Below, piece after piece: positions 26,593 to 35,986 of a stretch of DNA of 64,000 bases (position 1 is the first letter of the stretch; each line of letters starts with the position of its first letter). Location: the NCBI RefSeq assembly GCF_036379515.1, contig NZ_DASVGN010000036.1, positions 3,007 to 67,006 on the forward strand, given 5' to 3'. The position numbers and the translations under genes were made by a program. The notes beneath the pieces are model-generated. The model made no database searches and was not told where the DNA came from. It saw nothing but the letters and a program-made list of their open reading frames with translations. Origin of the DNA: Castellaniella sp. GTDB lineage: Bacteria; Pseudomonadota; Gammaproteobacteria; Burkholderiales; Burkholderiaceae_B.

Positions 26593-26841
26593 ACGCAGCG
26601 CCATTCGCCAGCGGCTTTCAATCGCGGGCTCCTCGCAGTTTCAAGCTTGACCTCGCCATAAGGTCGAGCTTGAAACTGGGGGCAACGCAAGGAGATCGGC
26701 AATGACCGCGCCAGACCTAACCGCGATGCCCACTCGGCAAGCCGCGCGCATGGTGCACACGACCAGAGCGGCGCGCATTCACACACAGAGCGCAGCGCAC
26801 CCACGAAGACGACTGCCACCGGTTACACCTGCTCCAGGTTC

Positions 26842-26916
26842 GACGCAGCCGCCATGAGCCTGAGCGCTGTCTCCGTCATTGCCAACGCACTCAGGCTGCG
26901 CAGGGCGAAGTCGTAA
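26842..26916 (+). pseudogene. 3'-terminal remnant of a heavy-metal P-type ATPase gene
   Basis: The in-frame translation DAAAMSLSAVSVIANALRLRRAKS* matches the conserved last TM/C-terminus of P1B ATPases. No upstream ATPase body is present. Confidence 0.45.
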
Positions 26917-27001
26917 CCACGTGCTTTGAAAGCAGTTCAGGCTATCAACACCACCGCATCCACCAACGACGTGATTCGATGATTCATAGAGGAATGGCAA
27001 C

Positions 27002-27409
27002 ATGCAAGCAGTGAAAACAGCTGACGGAATCTGGTCCAGATGCTACCGGTGGATAAGCTGGACGATTACGGGGCTTGCCGTGATAGCGTTGGGTTTGATG
27101 TTGCGTGGCGCATTCTTCGCAAAGACGCCATCAGTGGCATTTACTATCGCTTCGCCCGAAGACGGTGTCACGGTCAGCAGCCCGGTACAACTGGCGGTAA
27201 CGCTGAAGGATACAGAGCTTGGCTGGCCTTTTACCGGCCGTGATCATTTGCACATATCGGTCGATGGCGGCCCGGCACAGGCCGTGTACGAGAGTCGCGT
27301 GTTGAGTATTCCGCTTGCGCCAGGCAAGCACGTCATCGGGGTCGATCTTGCTGGTCCCATCCATGCTTCGTTGCTGCCGCCGAAGTATGTTCATTTCACA
27401 GTGCGCTGA
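27002..27409 (+). CDS. Hypothetical membrane-anchored periplasmic protein (DHLHxxVDG motif)
   Basis: 135 aa, an N-terminal TM segment, and the motif GRDHLHISVDGGP. A paralogous motif occurs in the ORF at 33458-33811. Confidence 0.5.
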   Translation: MQAVKTADGIWSRCYRWISWTITGLAVIALGLMLRGAFFAKTPSVAFTIASPEDGVTVSSPVQLAVTLKDTELGWPFTGRDHLHISVDGGPAQAVYESRVLSIPLAPGKHVIGVDLAGPIHASLLPPKYVHFTVR

Positions 27410-28109
27410 GGCCGATATCGTGACCCGCACAACTCTGGCAAGACACAGCCTCGGCGAACGCGTGCTGCATGTGATCAACGCACTGGCGGTCGCCGTGCTC
27501 ATCACTACCGGGCTCGCTTTGGATGATCTTTTGACGGAACGCTTGGGGATGCTGCTCGGCGGCCATCTGCGGGTCAACGCGATACACCAATGGTTGGGGT
27601 TAGCTTTCGTCATTGCATGGGTGTTGCTGCTGTTATCAGGCCGGATTAGCCGCCTATTGCGCGACGTGATGTATTTCCGGCGCGACGAGCTTCGCCGACT
27701 GCTCGCATTTCTGTGCTTTTATTTACGCCCAAGTCATCATCCGGTTCCGTTCCATGACGGCCGGTTCGATCCCGCACAACGCATGATTTTCATCGCCATC
27801 ATCGCCACAACGGTGTTGGCTGGTATCAGCGGGGCGTATCTCTACCTGATGCCGCCATTCGGAAGAGTGCTGCTGGTTTATGCCATCCGTATCCACATTA
27901 TCGCTGTATGGCTGCTGCTTGCTTGCCTGTGCATTCATATTGCGGCAGGCATCGGGCTGCTACGCACCCACCGAGGCATTGCCACCGCAATGTTCGGTAA
28001 TGGTCGGGTGACCATCACCCTGGCACGTACCCTGTGGCCCGGGTGGACTCGGCGCCAAAAAGGTGGGAACTCAGATATTTCGGTAAATCAACGGAGAACG
28101 AAACCATGA
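27387..28109 (+). CDS. Cytochrome b561/Ni-hydrogenase-type cytochrome b family membrane protein (start uncertain: ATG 27387 or GTG 27420)
   Basis: Four predicted TM helices with conserved His residues (LHVINAL, AIHQW, IHIIAVW, IHIAAG). Confidence 0.55.
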   Translation: MFISQCAEADIVTRTTLARHSLGERVLHVINALAVAVLITTGLALDDLLTERLGMLLGGHLRVNAIHQWLGLAFVIAWVLLLLSGRISRLLRDVMYFRRDELRRLLAFLCFYLRPSHHPVPFHDGRFDPAQRMIFIAIIATTVLAGISGAYLYLMPPFGRVLLVYAIRIHIIAVWLLLACLCIHIAAGIGLLRTHRGIATAMFGNGRVTITLARTLWPGWTRRQKGGNSDISVNQRRTKP

Positions 28110-28942
28110 ACCACACCACACAAGCAAAGCGTGCCGAAGCACTGCGCCAAATGCACGACCGCCGCAACATCCTGCTGCTGCCGAACGCCTGGGATGCCGG
28201 CAGCGCACGCTTATTCGCCACACGTGATTTTCGCGCAATCGCAACGACCAGCGGTGGTGTAGCCTGGGCACTCGGTTACGCCGACGGTGAGCAGGCGCCG
28301 CTCGATGAGATCCTGGCGGTAGTGCGGCGCATCATCCGCGCAGTTGATCTCCCGGTGACCGTGGATTTCGAGAGTGGGTACGGCATTACACCCGCCGACG
28401 TAGCAACATCGACCCGCGCCGTCATTGAAGCAGGGGCTGCCGGAATCAACCTTGAAGACGGTACACCCGGGCACGGCCCGCTACGCAAGGTGCAAGACGC
28501 TGCCGCACGTATTCGTGCCGCACGCGACGCGGCGACATCGTCTGGCGTGCCACTAGTGATCAACGCGCGAGTCGACAACTGGATGCATGCAGAAAAAGAT
28601 CCCGCCGCACCGCTCACCGACGCCATCACGCGGGCACGTGCTTACCTGGCCGCTGGTGCGGATTGTGTCTACCCCATTGGACTGAGCGACCCGAAGACGA
28701 TCAAAGCCTTTGTCCAGGCCATCGATGCGCCAGTCAATGTGATGGCGGGAGCGGGCACAGCACCGCTGGCTGAACTCGCCAAACTCGGTGTCGCACGTGT
28801 CAGCACGGCAACCTGGTTTGCGGCACTTGCCTTGGGACAGGTTGATCATGCCGCCCGCGCGGTGCTCGAAACTGGCAGGTTCGATTCCCTGGCGACCGAT
28901 TTCAACTACATGGATGCACAGCGCCTGTTCACGGCTAATTGA
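28106..28942 (+). CDS. Isocitrate lyase/PEP mutase superfamily protein
   Basis: ATG 28106 with ACGGAGA RBS. LLLPNAWDAGSARL...TSGGVAWALGYADGE...VTVDFESGYG is typical of the family. Confidence 0.8.
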   Translation: MNHTTQAKRAEALRQMHDRRNILLLPNAWDAGSARLFATRDFRAIATTSGGVAWALGYADGEQAPLDEILAVVRRIIRAVDLPVTVDFESGYGITPADVATSTRAVIEAGAAGINLEDGTPGHGPLRKVQDAAARIRAARDAATSSGVPLVINARVDNWMHAEKDPAAPLTDAITRARAYLAAGADCVYPIGLSDPKTIKAFVQAIDAPVNVMAGAGTAPLAELAKLGVARVSTATWFAALALGQVDHAARAVLETGRFDSLATDFNYMDAQRLFTAN

Positions 28943-29222
28943 GCGGACCGCCCTTCAGCTCTCTCACAATACCCGGCGGTTGGTGGCAGTGATCGATGTC
29001 GCGCACGTGTTTGCGTGAGTGCCTTCACATTGCACACACAACCGTACGGGCCGAGCAAGGCCGCTGTCGCGACACGACCCTGCGTTGATTCCGCTGCGAG
29101 GAAATGCCCCGCCAGCAACTGGGAGCAAACCGCCGCTGCAATAAGCTTCCAAGACGTCTACTCACCGCTTTCCACCTCAGAGCGCCTTTTGCCGCCAGAG
29201 GTACCCGCAGCAGCGGCGCCCG

Positions 29223-30857
29223 TTAGCGCGAACTTGAGAGGCGAGTCCGCTTGCGGCGCAGGAGCCCGGCTGCTAGGCACAGTGCGATCCAAGTGAGGAC
29301 AGGAGTGTTACGCCAGCGCACGTAGGGCGTGAGGCCCTGGGTACCCTGAACTTCGACGTCCAGGACGCCTCGGCTGCCAGGTTCCAGCGCAGCTTGAATC
29401 TCCCCATGGAGGCCGATGGCAGCCGTGATGCCCGTGTTAGTGGCGCGGATGACCGGGCGGGCGGTTTCCAGCGCCCGCATACGTGCCATCTGAAGGTGCT
29501 GGCGCAGTGCCCAAGTGTTGCCGAACCACGCAAGGTTGCTGAGGTTCAGCAATATGCTGGCCCCCGGGGCTCCATTGACAGCAGGTGCAACGCGGGCGGC
29601 AATCTCTTCACCGAAAGTGTCTTCGTAGCAGATGTTGACCGAAATCACCTGCCCCGCTAACAGGAGTGGTGCCTGGATGAGTGGTCCGCGGTTGAAGTCC
29701 CCCAACGGAATCCGCAGCGCGTGGACAAACCACTGAAGGCCCGGCGGAATGAATTCTCCGAACGGCACCAGATGGCGTTTGTCGTAATGCCACTCCCCCG
29801 GCGAACCTGGCAGCTTCAGGTCATCTGGTCGCAATGCGATGGCGCTGTTTGTGTAGCGCTCGCCCGTGATGGTCCGTGTGTGTAGTGGAACCCCCATAAC
29901 GATTGTGGCTTGTTCGCGCTGCGCCACATTTTGCCATTCCCGCCAGACGGCGGCCGATACCTGGTCCTGGAAGATAGGCATCACGGTTTCAGGCAGAACG
30001 ATCAGGCTCGGGTGGCTGCTCTCACCCTCAGAAGGCAGGGCTGCGAGGTTCAGTCCGCGAGCTAGTATTTGTCCAAATAGCTGTGGATCAAATTTTTCTG
30101 ACTGGGGAGTGGCAGGCTGAACCAGGCGCACTAGCAGCGGAGAACCTTTCGGACGCACCCAGTCGATCTGCGTGCCCAGAACGCCTAGCAGGCCAAAGCC
30201 AAGCGCAAGGACGACAACTGCAGCAGCGCTACGATTGTACGGTGGCGAGTCCTTGGCACGTGCCATCGAAGCCACCGCAGCGGCCGAGAACGCAGCAAGC
30301 CAGGCAAGCCCGTAGACGCCCACGACGGGCGCCCAGGCGGAGAACACGCCCTCGGCGTGGGCATAGCCGATGTTAAGCCACGTAAAACCCGTAAATAGCG
30401 TACCGCGCAGCCACTCAAACAAGGTCCAGGAGGATGCCCAGATCAGCGCGTTTAGTATCTGGCGCGAGGCATGCTGCCGAGTTGTGCGCCAGGCGCTGCA
30501 GAGCCAGGCACTCAAGGCGCAGGCGGCAGCTCCATAAAGCGCCATAGTGGCCGCAAAGACCAGCAGCGCCACGATGGCAAGCGGCAACGCCAAGCCTCCA
30601 TAGGTGTGCATGCTAATAACCAGCCAGTAGACACCGATAGCGAACTGTGCCACACCGAAGATCCAGCCCTGCAAAGCCGCCCGCCAGGGACTCGGGGCGC
30701 TCCAGGTATGGGCGGCCAAGACGGAGAGCGCACCAATTTGGGCGAACGGCAGCACCCAGGCTGGCAGCGGGCCGGGCGCAAAGCATAGCGCCTGCAATGC
30801 ACCGGCGAGCAGAACCCGGATCCAGGACTTTCCTATTTTCTGGCGCTCAGGCGGCAT
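29223..30857 (-). CDS. lnt: Apolipoprotein N-acyltransferase (Lnt/CutE); start uncertain (ATG 30857, or the TTG at 30902 used by the ORF track)
   Basis: Multiple N-terminal TM helices and a CN-hydrolase domain (LIVLPE, NICYEDTFGEE, NLSNLAWFG). Confidence 0.85.
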   Translation of the reverse strand: MPPERQKIGKSWIRVLLAGALQALCFAPGPLPAWVLPFAQIGALSVLAAHTWSAPSPWRAALQGWIFGVAQFAIGVYWLVISMHTYGGLALPLAIVALLVFAATMALYGAAACALSAWLCSAWRTTRQHASRQILNALIWASSWTLFEWLRGTLFTGFTWLNIGYAHAEGVFSAWAPVVGVYGLAWLAAFSAAAVASMARAKDSPPYNRSAAAVVVLALGFGLLGVLGTQIDWVRPKGSPLLVRLVQPATPQSEKFDPQLFGQILARGLNLAALPSEGESSHPSLIVLPETVMPIFQDQVSAAVWREWQNVAQREQATIVMGVPLHTRTITGERYTNSAIALRPDDLKLPGSPGEWHYDKRHLVPFGEFIPPGLQWFVHALRIPLGDFNRGPLIQAPLLLAGQVISVNICYEDTFGEEIAARVAPAVNGAPGASILLNLSNLAWFGNTWALRQHLQMARMRALETARPVIRATNTGITAAIGLHGEIQAALEPGSRGVLDVEVQGTQGLTPYVRWRNTPVLTWIALCLAAGLLRRKRTRLSSSR

Positions 30858-31151
30858 AGTCGTGTCGGCTGCGACGAGAGTTCTTAGCTGAATGTTCCGC
30901 AAGCTGCACTTTCCCGTGGTCGATCATCACCGGGGGGATGCCGTACTTCTGTGCAACCTGCGCAATCGCCATTTTCTCGCGCGTCGCGTGCGTTGCTTCC
31001 CTTACTTGAACTGTGCAACATATCGTTCGCATCTCGGGCGCATGGCCAGCCCCTTCTTTCACTGGGCAGATCCGCCAGGCGTCCAGACGAGCGATGGCAG
31101 CCGTAACCCATGCTATGTTGACGCAACTCCGATGGGAAGCGACTAGGAGGG

Positions 31152-32558
31152 TCAGCACGGCGCTAGCGGAATTAACATTTCAAACGTCGTTGCCTCAGAT
31201 GTCGAACTTGCACCGACATGTCCACCGTGCGCCTCAACAATTGATTTGACGATGGCCAGACCAAGACCCGCACCTTCCCCGCTACGCCGCCGAGAAGCAT
31301 CAGGTCGATAGAACCGGTCGAATATGTGGGCAACATGCTCGGCCGGTATGACCGGTCCTGGATTCTGCACCTGCACACAAGCATCGTGAGCCGTGGCCAG
31401 AAGCGTAACGACGACGCGATGCTTCGCTGGCACATAACGAATTGCATTCGATAAAAGGTTGCTCAACGCCCGACGGATCATCAGCCTGTCTCCGAGTATG
31501 CAGACTTGCTCGCCAGCAATGTCCAAACCCACCTCTCGTTCTTCGGCCCAAGCGCCGAAATAATCGAAGAGAATGCGCACTTCGGCTTGCAGGTCGATCG
31601 TCACCAGCTCAGGCTTGAGCAGATGGTTGTCCGTCTGTGCCAGAAACAGCATGTCACCCACCATCTTCGCCATGCGCTCGTACTCTTCCAGATTGGAATA
31701 CAGGACCTCACGGTACTGCTCGGCGCTACGCGCCTGAGAAAGCGCCACTTCAGTCTGGGTCTTCAGGTTGGTGATCGGTGTGCGCAGTTCATGTGCGATG
31801 TCCCCCGAAAACTCTGACAAGCCGCGAAAGACCTCTTCAAGCCGGTCCAGCATCCCGTTAAAGGAGGTGGCAAGCTCTACCAGCTCTGTGGGGACAGTGT
31901 CCGGTGTCAGCCGTATCTGCAGTTGATCAGACCCAATCTTCCGCATTTCACGGCTGATGCGCCGCAGCGGCGCATGGCCTTGGTACACCGCGAACCAAAT
32001 GGCGAGAATGGCAATCAGACAGGCAATCGTTGTAACGAGGCGCAGGTAGTTGCGCATGCTCTCGAGGTAATGCACATGAAAGTCGACATCGGTGGCCACA
32101 GCGATCGTGAGCCCACCCGATCCGGGCAGCGCACTGGACGCGAAGTGCAGCACAGCACCGCGTAGCGTCAGCCCATCACTTTGCCATAAGCTAACGGTGT
32201 TGATCGTGATCTTGTCAACGGGCGCAACGGTGCGGGCAAACGGTTCGAGGTCGGGACCTGGCGCTGCGTACACCTGGGTGCCGCCATCCCATGCAATGCG
32301 GTATTGAGCGTTATGGTGACCCGAGACGGCATCAGCAAACCGTGCCCTCAGTTTCTCTGGCCCCAAGTTGGGGGGGAGGGTCGAGAGTGTATGTTCTAGC
32401 GCCTGCGCAACCGCCTGGAGCTCGTCGACGTCCTGCTGGACGAAGTGAGCATTGATCGATCGTTCGATGATCCAGCCAAAGGTAAGCAGGATAACTGTGA
32501 TGACGGTTCCAATGTAGACCGTCAGCCGCAATGCCAGGGATGCAGGTCGCCGCCTCAT
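31152..32558 (-). CDS. Heavy-metal sensor histidine kinase (CusS/CopS type)
   Basis: Two TM segments, HAMP domain, H-box FSGDIAHELRTPITNL, and N, G1 and G2 boxes (LSNAIRY, GAGLGLAIVKSIVEAHGG). Confidence 0.9.
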   Translation of the reverse strand: MRRRPASLALRLTVYIGTVITVILLTFGWIIERSINAHFVQQDVDELQAVAQALEHTLSTLPPNLGPEKLRARFADAVSGHHNAQYRIAWDGGTQVYAAPGPDLEPFARTVAPVDKITINTVSLWQSDGLTLRGAVLHFASSALPGSGGLTIAVATDVDFHVHYLESMRNYLRLVTTIACLIAILAIWFAVYQGHAPLRRISREMRKIGSDQLQIRLTPDTVPTELVELATSFNGMLDRLEEVFRGLSEFSGDIAHELRTPITNLKTQTEVALSQARSAEQYREVLYSNLEEYERMAKMVGDMLFLAQTDNHLLKPELVTIDLQAEVRILFDYFGAWAEEREVGLDIAGEQVCILGDRLMIRRALSNLLSNAIRYVPAKHRVVVTLLATAHDACVQVQNPGPVIPAEHVAHIFDRFYRPDASRRRSGEGAGLGLAIVKSIVEAHGGHVGASSTSEATTFEMLIPLAPC

Positions 32559-32561
32559 CAG

Positions 32562-33242
32562 TCAATCCGTCTGATTCACGTCCAGCATATAGCCCATGCC
32601 GCGCACCGTGTGAATAAGTTTGGGCTCGAAGTCGTCATCGATCTTCGCTCGCAGCCGGCGCACTGCCACATCGATGACGTTGGTATCGCTGTCGAAATTC
32701 ATGTCCCACACCTGGGAAGCAATCAACGAACGGGGTAAGACCTCGCCCCGCCGACGCACTAAAAGCTCCAGCAGCGCGAATTCCTTGTTCGTCAGGTTGA
32801 TGCGCACATTTTGGCGTTCAGCCCTGCGTCGGGGGATATCGAGGACGAGATCCGCGACCTGCAAGCGATCCAGGACCAGGACAGCGCTTCGCCGCAGCAA
32901 AGTGCGTACCCGGGCGAGAAGCTCGGAAAACGCGAAGGGCTTCACCAGGTAATCGTCAGCGCCAAGCTCTAGCCCCTTAACTCGATCCTCCACGCTATCC
33001 CGCGCGGTGAGAAAGAGCACCGGCGTGAGAGATTTTGCATCTCGCAGCGCCTGGACAATCCGCCAGCCGTCCACATCTGGCAGCATCACATCCAGGATGA
33101 TGAGATCGTAGGACCCCGTCAGCGCAAAATGATGACCATCCAACCCAGAGCGCACCAGATCCACGACGAATCCCGACTCGGTCAACCCCTGCTTTAGATA
33201 ATCCCCTGTCTTGGTCTCGTCTTCAACCACGAGCAGCTTCAT
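32562..33242 (-). CDS. OmpR-family heavy-metal response regulator (CusR/CopR type)
   Basis: [22 protein letters not shown]...[14 protein letters not shown], plus a winged-helix C-terminus. ATG 33242. Confidence 0.9.
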   Translation of the reverse strand: MKLLVVEDETKTGDYLKQGLTESGFVVDLVRSGLDGHHFALTGSYDLIILDVMLPDVDGWRIVQALRDAKSLTPVLFLTARDSVEDRVKGLELGADDYLVKPFAFSELLARVRTLLRRSAVLVLDRLQVADLVLDIPRRRAERQNVRINLTNKEFALLELLVRRRGEVLPRSLIASQVWDMNFDSDTNVIDVAVRRLRAKIDDDFEPKLIHTVRGMGYMLDVNQTD

Positions 33243-33331
33243 GGGGCAACTCCTCAAAACCACCGGTTTTTGCCGCGACGCGATCCCCCTTGCTGGAGAC
33301 ATCGCCAGCGTGAAACCTTAGCGCAACGCCG

Positions 33332-33369
33332 CTGTCATTCGCATGACAGTTTGATTACAAATTTGTAAT
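33332..33369. promoter_or_regulatory. Two palindromic boxes in the divergent promoter region (candidate CopR/CusR sites)
   Basis: CTGTCAT-TCGC-ATGACAG at 33332-33349 and ATTACAAATTTGTAAT at 33354-33369. Near-identical palindromes recur at 39740-39755 and 50075-50090. Confidence 0.5.
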
Positions 33370-33457
33370 GCCCTGTTCTTACGTCGGTTATGCAAGATAT
33401 GGATACCTGTCGTTTGTAAAATCAGCACGTCAAACCTTGAATAATGGAATCGGTACG

Positions 33458-33811
33458 ATGCCTATTAAAGCCTCAACTTTCCTCGTTGCCCTGTCCTCAT
33501 CAGCCCTGGCGCTGCTGGCCCTGCCCGCTGCCGCCTCCACGGGCACAGCGGTAAGCACCCCACCTGCGGTGACGCTGAGTGCGGGGGGCTCGGATTCGTT
33601 CAGCTACCGAGCATCGCCGGGCCCAGAAGTCGATCATCTGCACGTCTATGTGGATGGCGAACAGGTCGGGCAAACGCGCCAATTGCAGGGACACTTCACC
33701 CTCCAGGGGCTGGACCTTCCGGCGGGCCAGCACACGGTCTGCGTCGACGCAGCCAACCGGGCACACATCCAGACGGGTGCGAAGGCCTGCGTGAATGTGC
33801 ACATCGGGTAG
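33458..33811 (+). CDS. Hypothetical periplasmic protein (DHLHxxVDG motif paralog)
   Basis: Signal peptide (ALLALPAAAS) and the motif VDHLHVYVDGEQ. Confidence 0.5.
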   Translation: MPIKASTFLVALSSSALALLALPAAASTGTAVSTPPAVTLSAGGSDSFSYRASPGPEVDHLHVYVDGEQVGQTRQLQGHFTLQGLDLPAGQHTVCVDAANRAHIQTGAKACVNVHIG

Positions 33812-33816
33812 ACACG

Positions 33817-34221
33817 ATGAACGGGCAAGATCTCTTCTACGCGCTCACCCAAGTGGCGCACAACTTCGGCGCGGTACTTGTTCTTGCCAGCCCCCTCTAC
33901 CCAATCGTTTCCGGACGCCTGTTGCTACGCAACGCCCTATGGTTTGCGCTTGTCGGCTGGTCCGTCCAGATTATAAGCGGCCTGTCATTCGGGCTTGTAA
34001 GTCTGCACTTTTACGGACAGCTTCCCGCTCTCCACGGCGTCGCGATTGTGGCACTCGCCATCAAGGTCATCTCTGCCTTAGGCGCTTGCGCGTTTATCAT
34101 CTTCTCGCTTCGCGAAGGGGCAATTCGTGCAGGTTCGCGCGCGATACTCATCTGGAGGGTGCTGACAGGCCTCGCAATCGTGGCACTTTCGAGCGCCGCG
34201 TTTCTGCGCTGGTACTCTTGA
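33817..34221 (+). CDS. Hypothetical integral membrane protein (about 4 TM)
   Basis: 134-aa hydrophobic ORF 6 nt downstream of the previous gene. Confidence 0.5.
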   Translation: MNGQDLFYALTQVAHNFGAVLVLASPLYPIVSGRLLLRNALWFALVGWSVQIISGLSFGLVSLHFYGQLPALHGVAIVALAIKVISALGACAFIIFSLREGAIRAGSRAILIWRVLTGLAIVALSSAAFLRWYS

Positions 34222-34363
34222 GCGTGAAGACGACCCCCCACTATCTTAGGCAGCAAACTTTGGCTAGGAAAAGGTGGAATTGTGGGCAGGCCGCCTTGCC
34301 ACCCGCGCGAACTCTCCCCCCATCTGTCTGGTCGCCAAAGCGTGGCGGTGAGGCGGATACGCT

Positions 34364-34945
34364 TCATTTCTGGGTGTAGGCGGCCAGTCGTCGTTCTTCT
34401 CGAATGGGGTCTACCGGTTGATTGTCGACCCGCAGCTCATAATGCAGGTGAGGTCCACTGGATATTCCGGTGGAGCCGACATAGCCGATAATTTGCCCCT
34501 TTTTGACCTCTACTCCTTTCTTTAGGCCACTTTTAAAGCGGCTCTGGTGAGCATAAACAGTGGAGTATGTATCGCCATGCTTTATATAAATAACTTTCCC
34601 ATATCCGTTTTGGACACCAATAAAAGATATCTTGCCTTGAGCCGTTGCACGGATAGGGGTGCCTTTCGGAGCAGGATAATCAAGACCCTCATGGCCTGCC
34701 CACTCGCCCGAAGAAGGATTAAGCCGGTAACCAAACGCAGAACTGATACGTGTTCGCTCGTCAAGTGGTGTACCAAAGAATATCTTCTGCAGGTTTTCCA
34801 ACCGGGAGGTCGCCTTATGCGAGTGCTGACCAATTATATAAGCAGGGTCGTGAATGATGGAGGTTTGTCTAACCCCCGATGCAACGGCATTGCCTACCAA
34901 GAGACAACTAGCGACAAGGAACAGGTTTTTTAATGTCTTATGCAT
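34364..34945 (-). CDS. M23-family metallopeptidase
   Basis: Signal peptide, plus HEGLDYPAPKGTPIRA and GSTGISSGPHLHYELR motifs. Local G+C is lower. Confidence 0.85.
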   Translation of the reverse strand: MHKTLKNLFLVASCLLVGNAVASGVRQTSIIHDPAYIIGQHSHKATSRLENLQKIFFGTPLDERTRISSAFGYRLNPSSGEWAGHEGLDYPAPKGTPIRATAQGKISFIGVQNGYGKVIYIKHGDTYSTVYAHQSRFKSGLKKGVEVKKGQIIGYVGSTGISSGPHLHYELRVDNQPVDPIREERRLAAYTQK

Positions 34946-35232
34946 GTCACTCCGAGTGGGTGAAACCGTATCTCAGAACCAATATGGCCTTGACTCAAGT
35001 CGGTGTGTACAGACGGCACTGGTTCACACTTCCGAGGCGGGTCTTGACATCGGGAAAGACCAAGAGGGTCGACAAAGCATCTCTGCTTCCCATTTGGTTC
35101 ATTTTTAATCACTCGCGCCGCGATAGAGTAATACCTCGTGTTGTCCACAATGGTTGGACGCGATCCATTGGCACATCAAGGAACCCGCAAGGTCGATTCG
35201 ACTTACGGGTTCTCTCATTTCAGCCACCTTGA

Positions 35233-35550
35233 TCAGGCAGGGAAACCCGGATAATAGGGCAGTTCACCCGTTTGGAGCTCACCTGCTGCTTGTGCTACCC
35301 GCAACTCGGAGAGCACTTGCGCACGAGATTTCGTGCTGCGTGCAGCTTCCATCGGATAGTATGGCTGCTGACCGGCCTGAAGTTCGCCCGCCGCGTCTGC
35401 TACGCGCAACTCGGAGAGTACCTGTGCACGGGTCACGGTGCTGCTGGTGCTTGTTGCGCTGCCCATCGGATAGTATGGCTCTTCGGCATACGCCAAGCCA
35501 GCTGAGGCAAGGCCGAGTGTGAGGGTAGCGAGGGTGATTGCAACTTTCAT
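35233..35550 (-). CDS. DUF4148-like secreted protein (two repeats)
   Basis: Signal peptide, and a duplicated (T/S)RAQVLSELRVA(D/Q)AAGELQ motif. Confidence 0.65.
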   Translation of the reverse strand: MKVAITLATLTLGLASAGLAYAEEPYYPMGSATSTSSTVTRAQVLSELRVADAAGELQAGQQPYYPMEAARSTKSRAQVLSELRVAQAAGELQTGELPYYPGFPA

Positions 35551-35986
35551 GTGGACTTCCTTCATTCCTGGTTGATTAAAACTTAGCAGCAGAGCCGCTT
35601 GATCAACACTTTACCGTTTGGTGGGTTACCCACCGATGACCACACCATTACCTTTTTGTCATGCAATGGTAGCAACCCACTGTTCTCAACAGTGGCCTCA
35701 AACAAGGTGACTGGATGACTACCCAAGCGGCACCAAATCGCCCCAGTGGCAATATTTTCTGACCACCCCAAACACCGGACGCATCAAGATTTTATGAAAG
35801 ACGAATCTGTGCAGAACAATCGGATCTGGGGCCTACCGGCCGAATCGCGACACGCCCGAGAGGCGATCAAGAATGCGAAAGGCAGCATACCCGCTGAGGA
35901 TCCCGCCGTTAATTGAAGGCCCGGTTGTGTCCAGGTTTGCCAAAGTAGGTTGCAGGGTGCAGCGTCAGCGCCCACCCTGCTCACGT

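Noticed and set aside
30847-31158. 103-aa minus-strand ORF between lnt and the sensor kinase
   Set aside because: It overlaps the 3' end of the kinase gene and the 5' region of lnt. It has no RBS or recognisable family, apart from a vaguely HTH-like stretch (EKMAIAQVAQKYGIPP). The evidence is too weak to call it.
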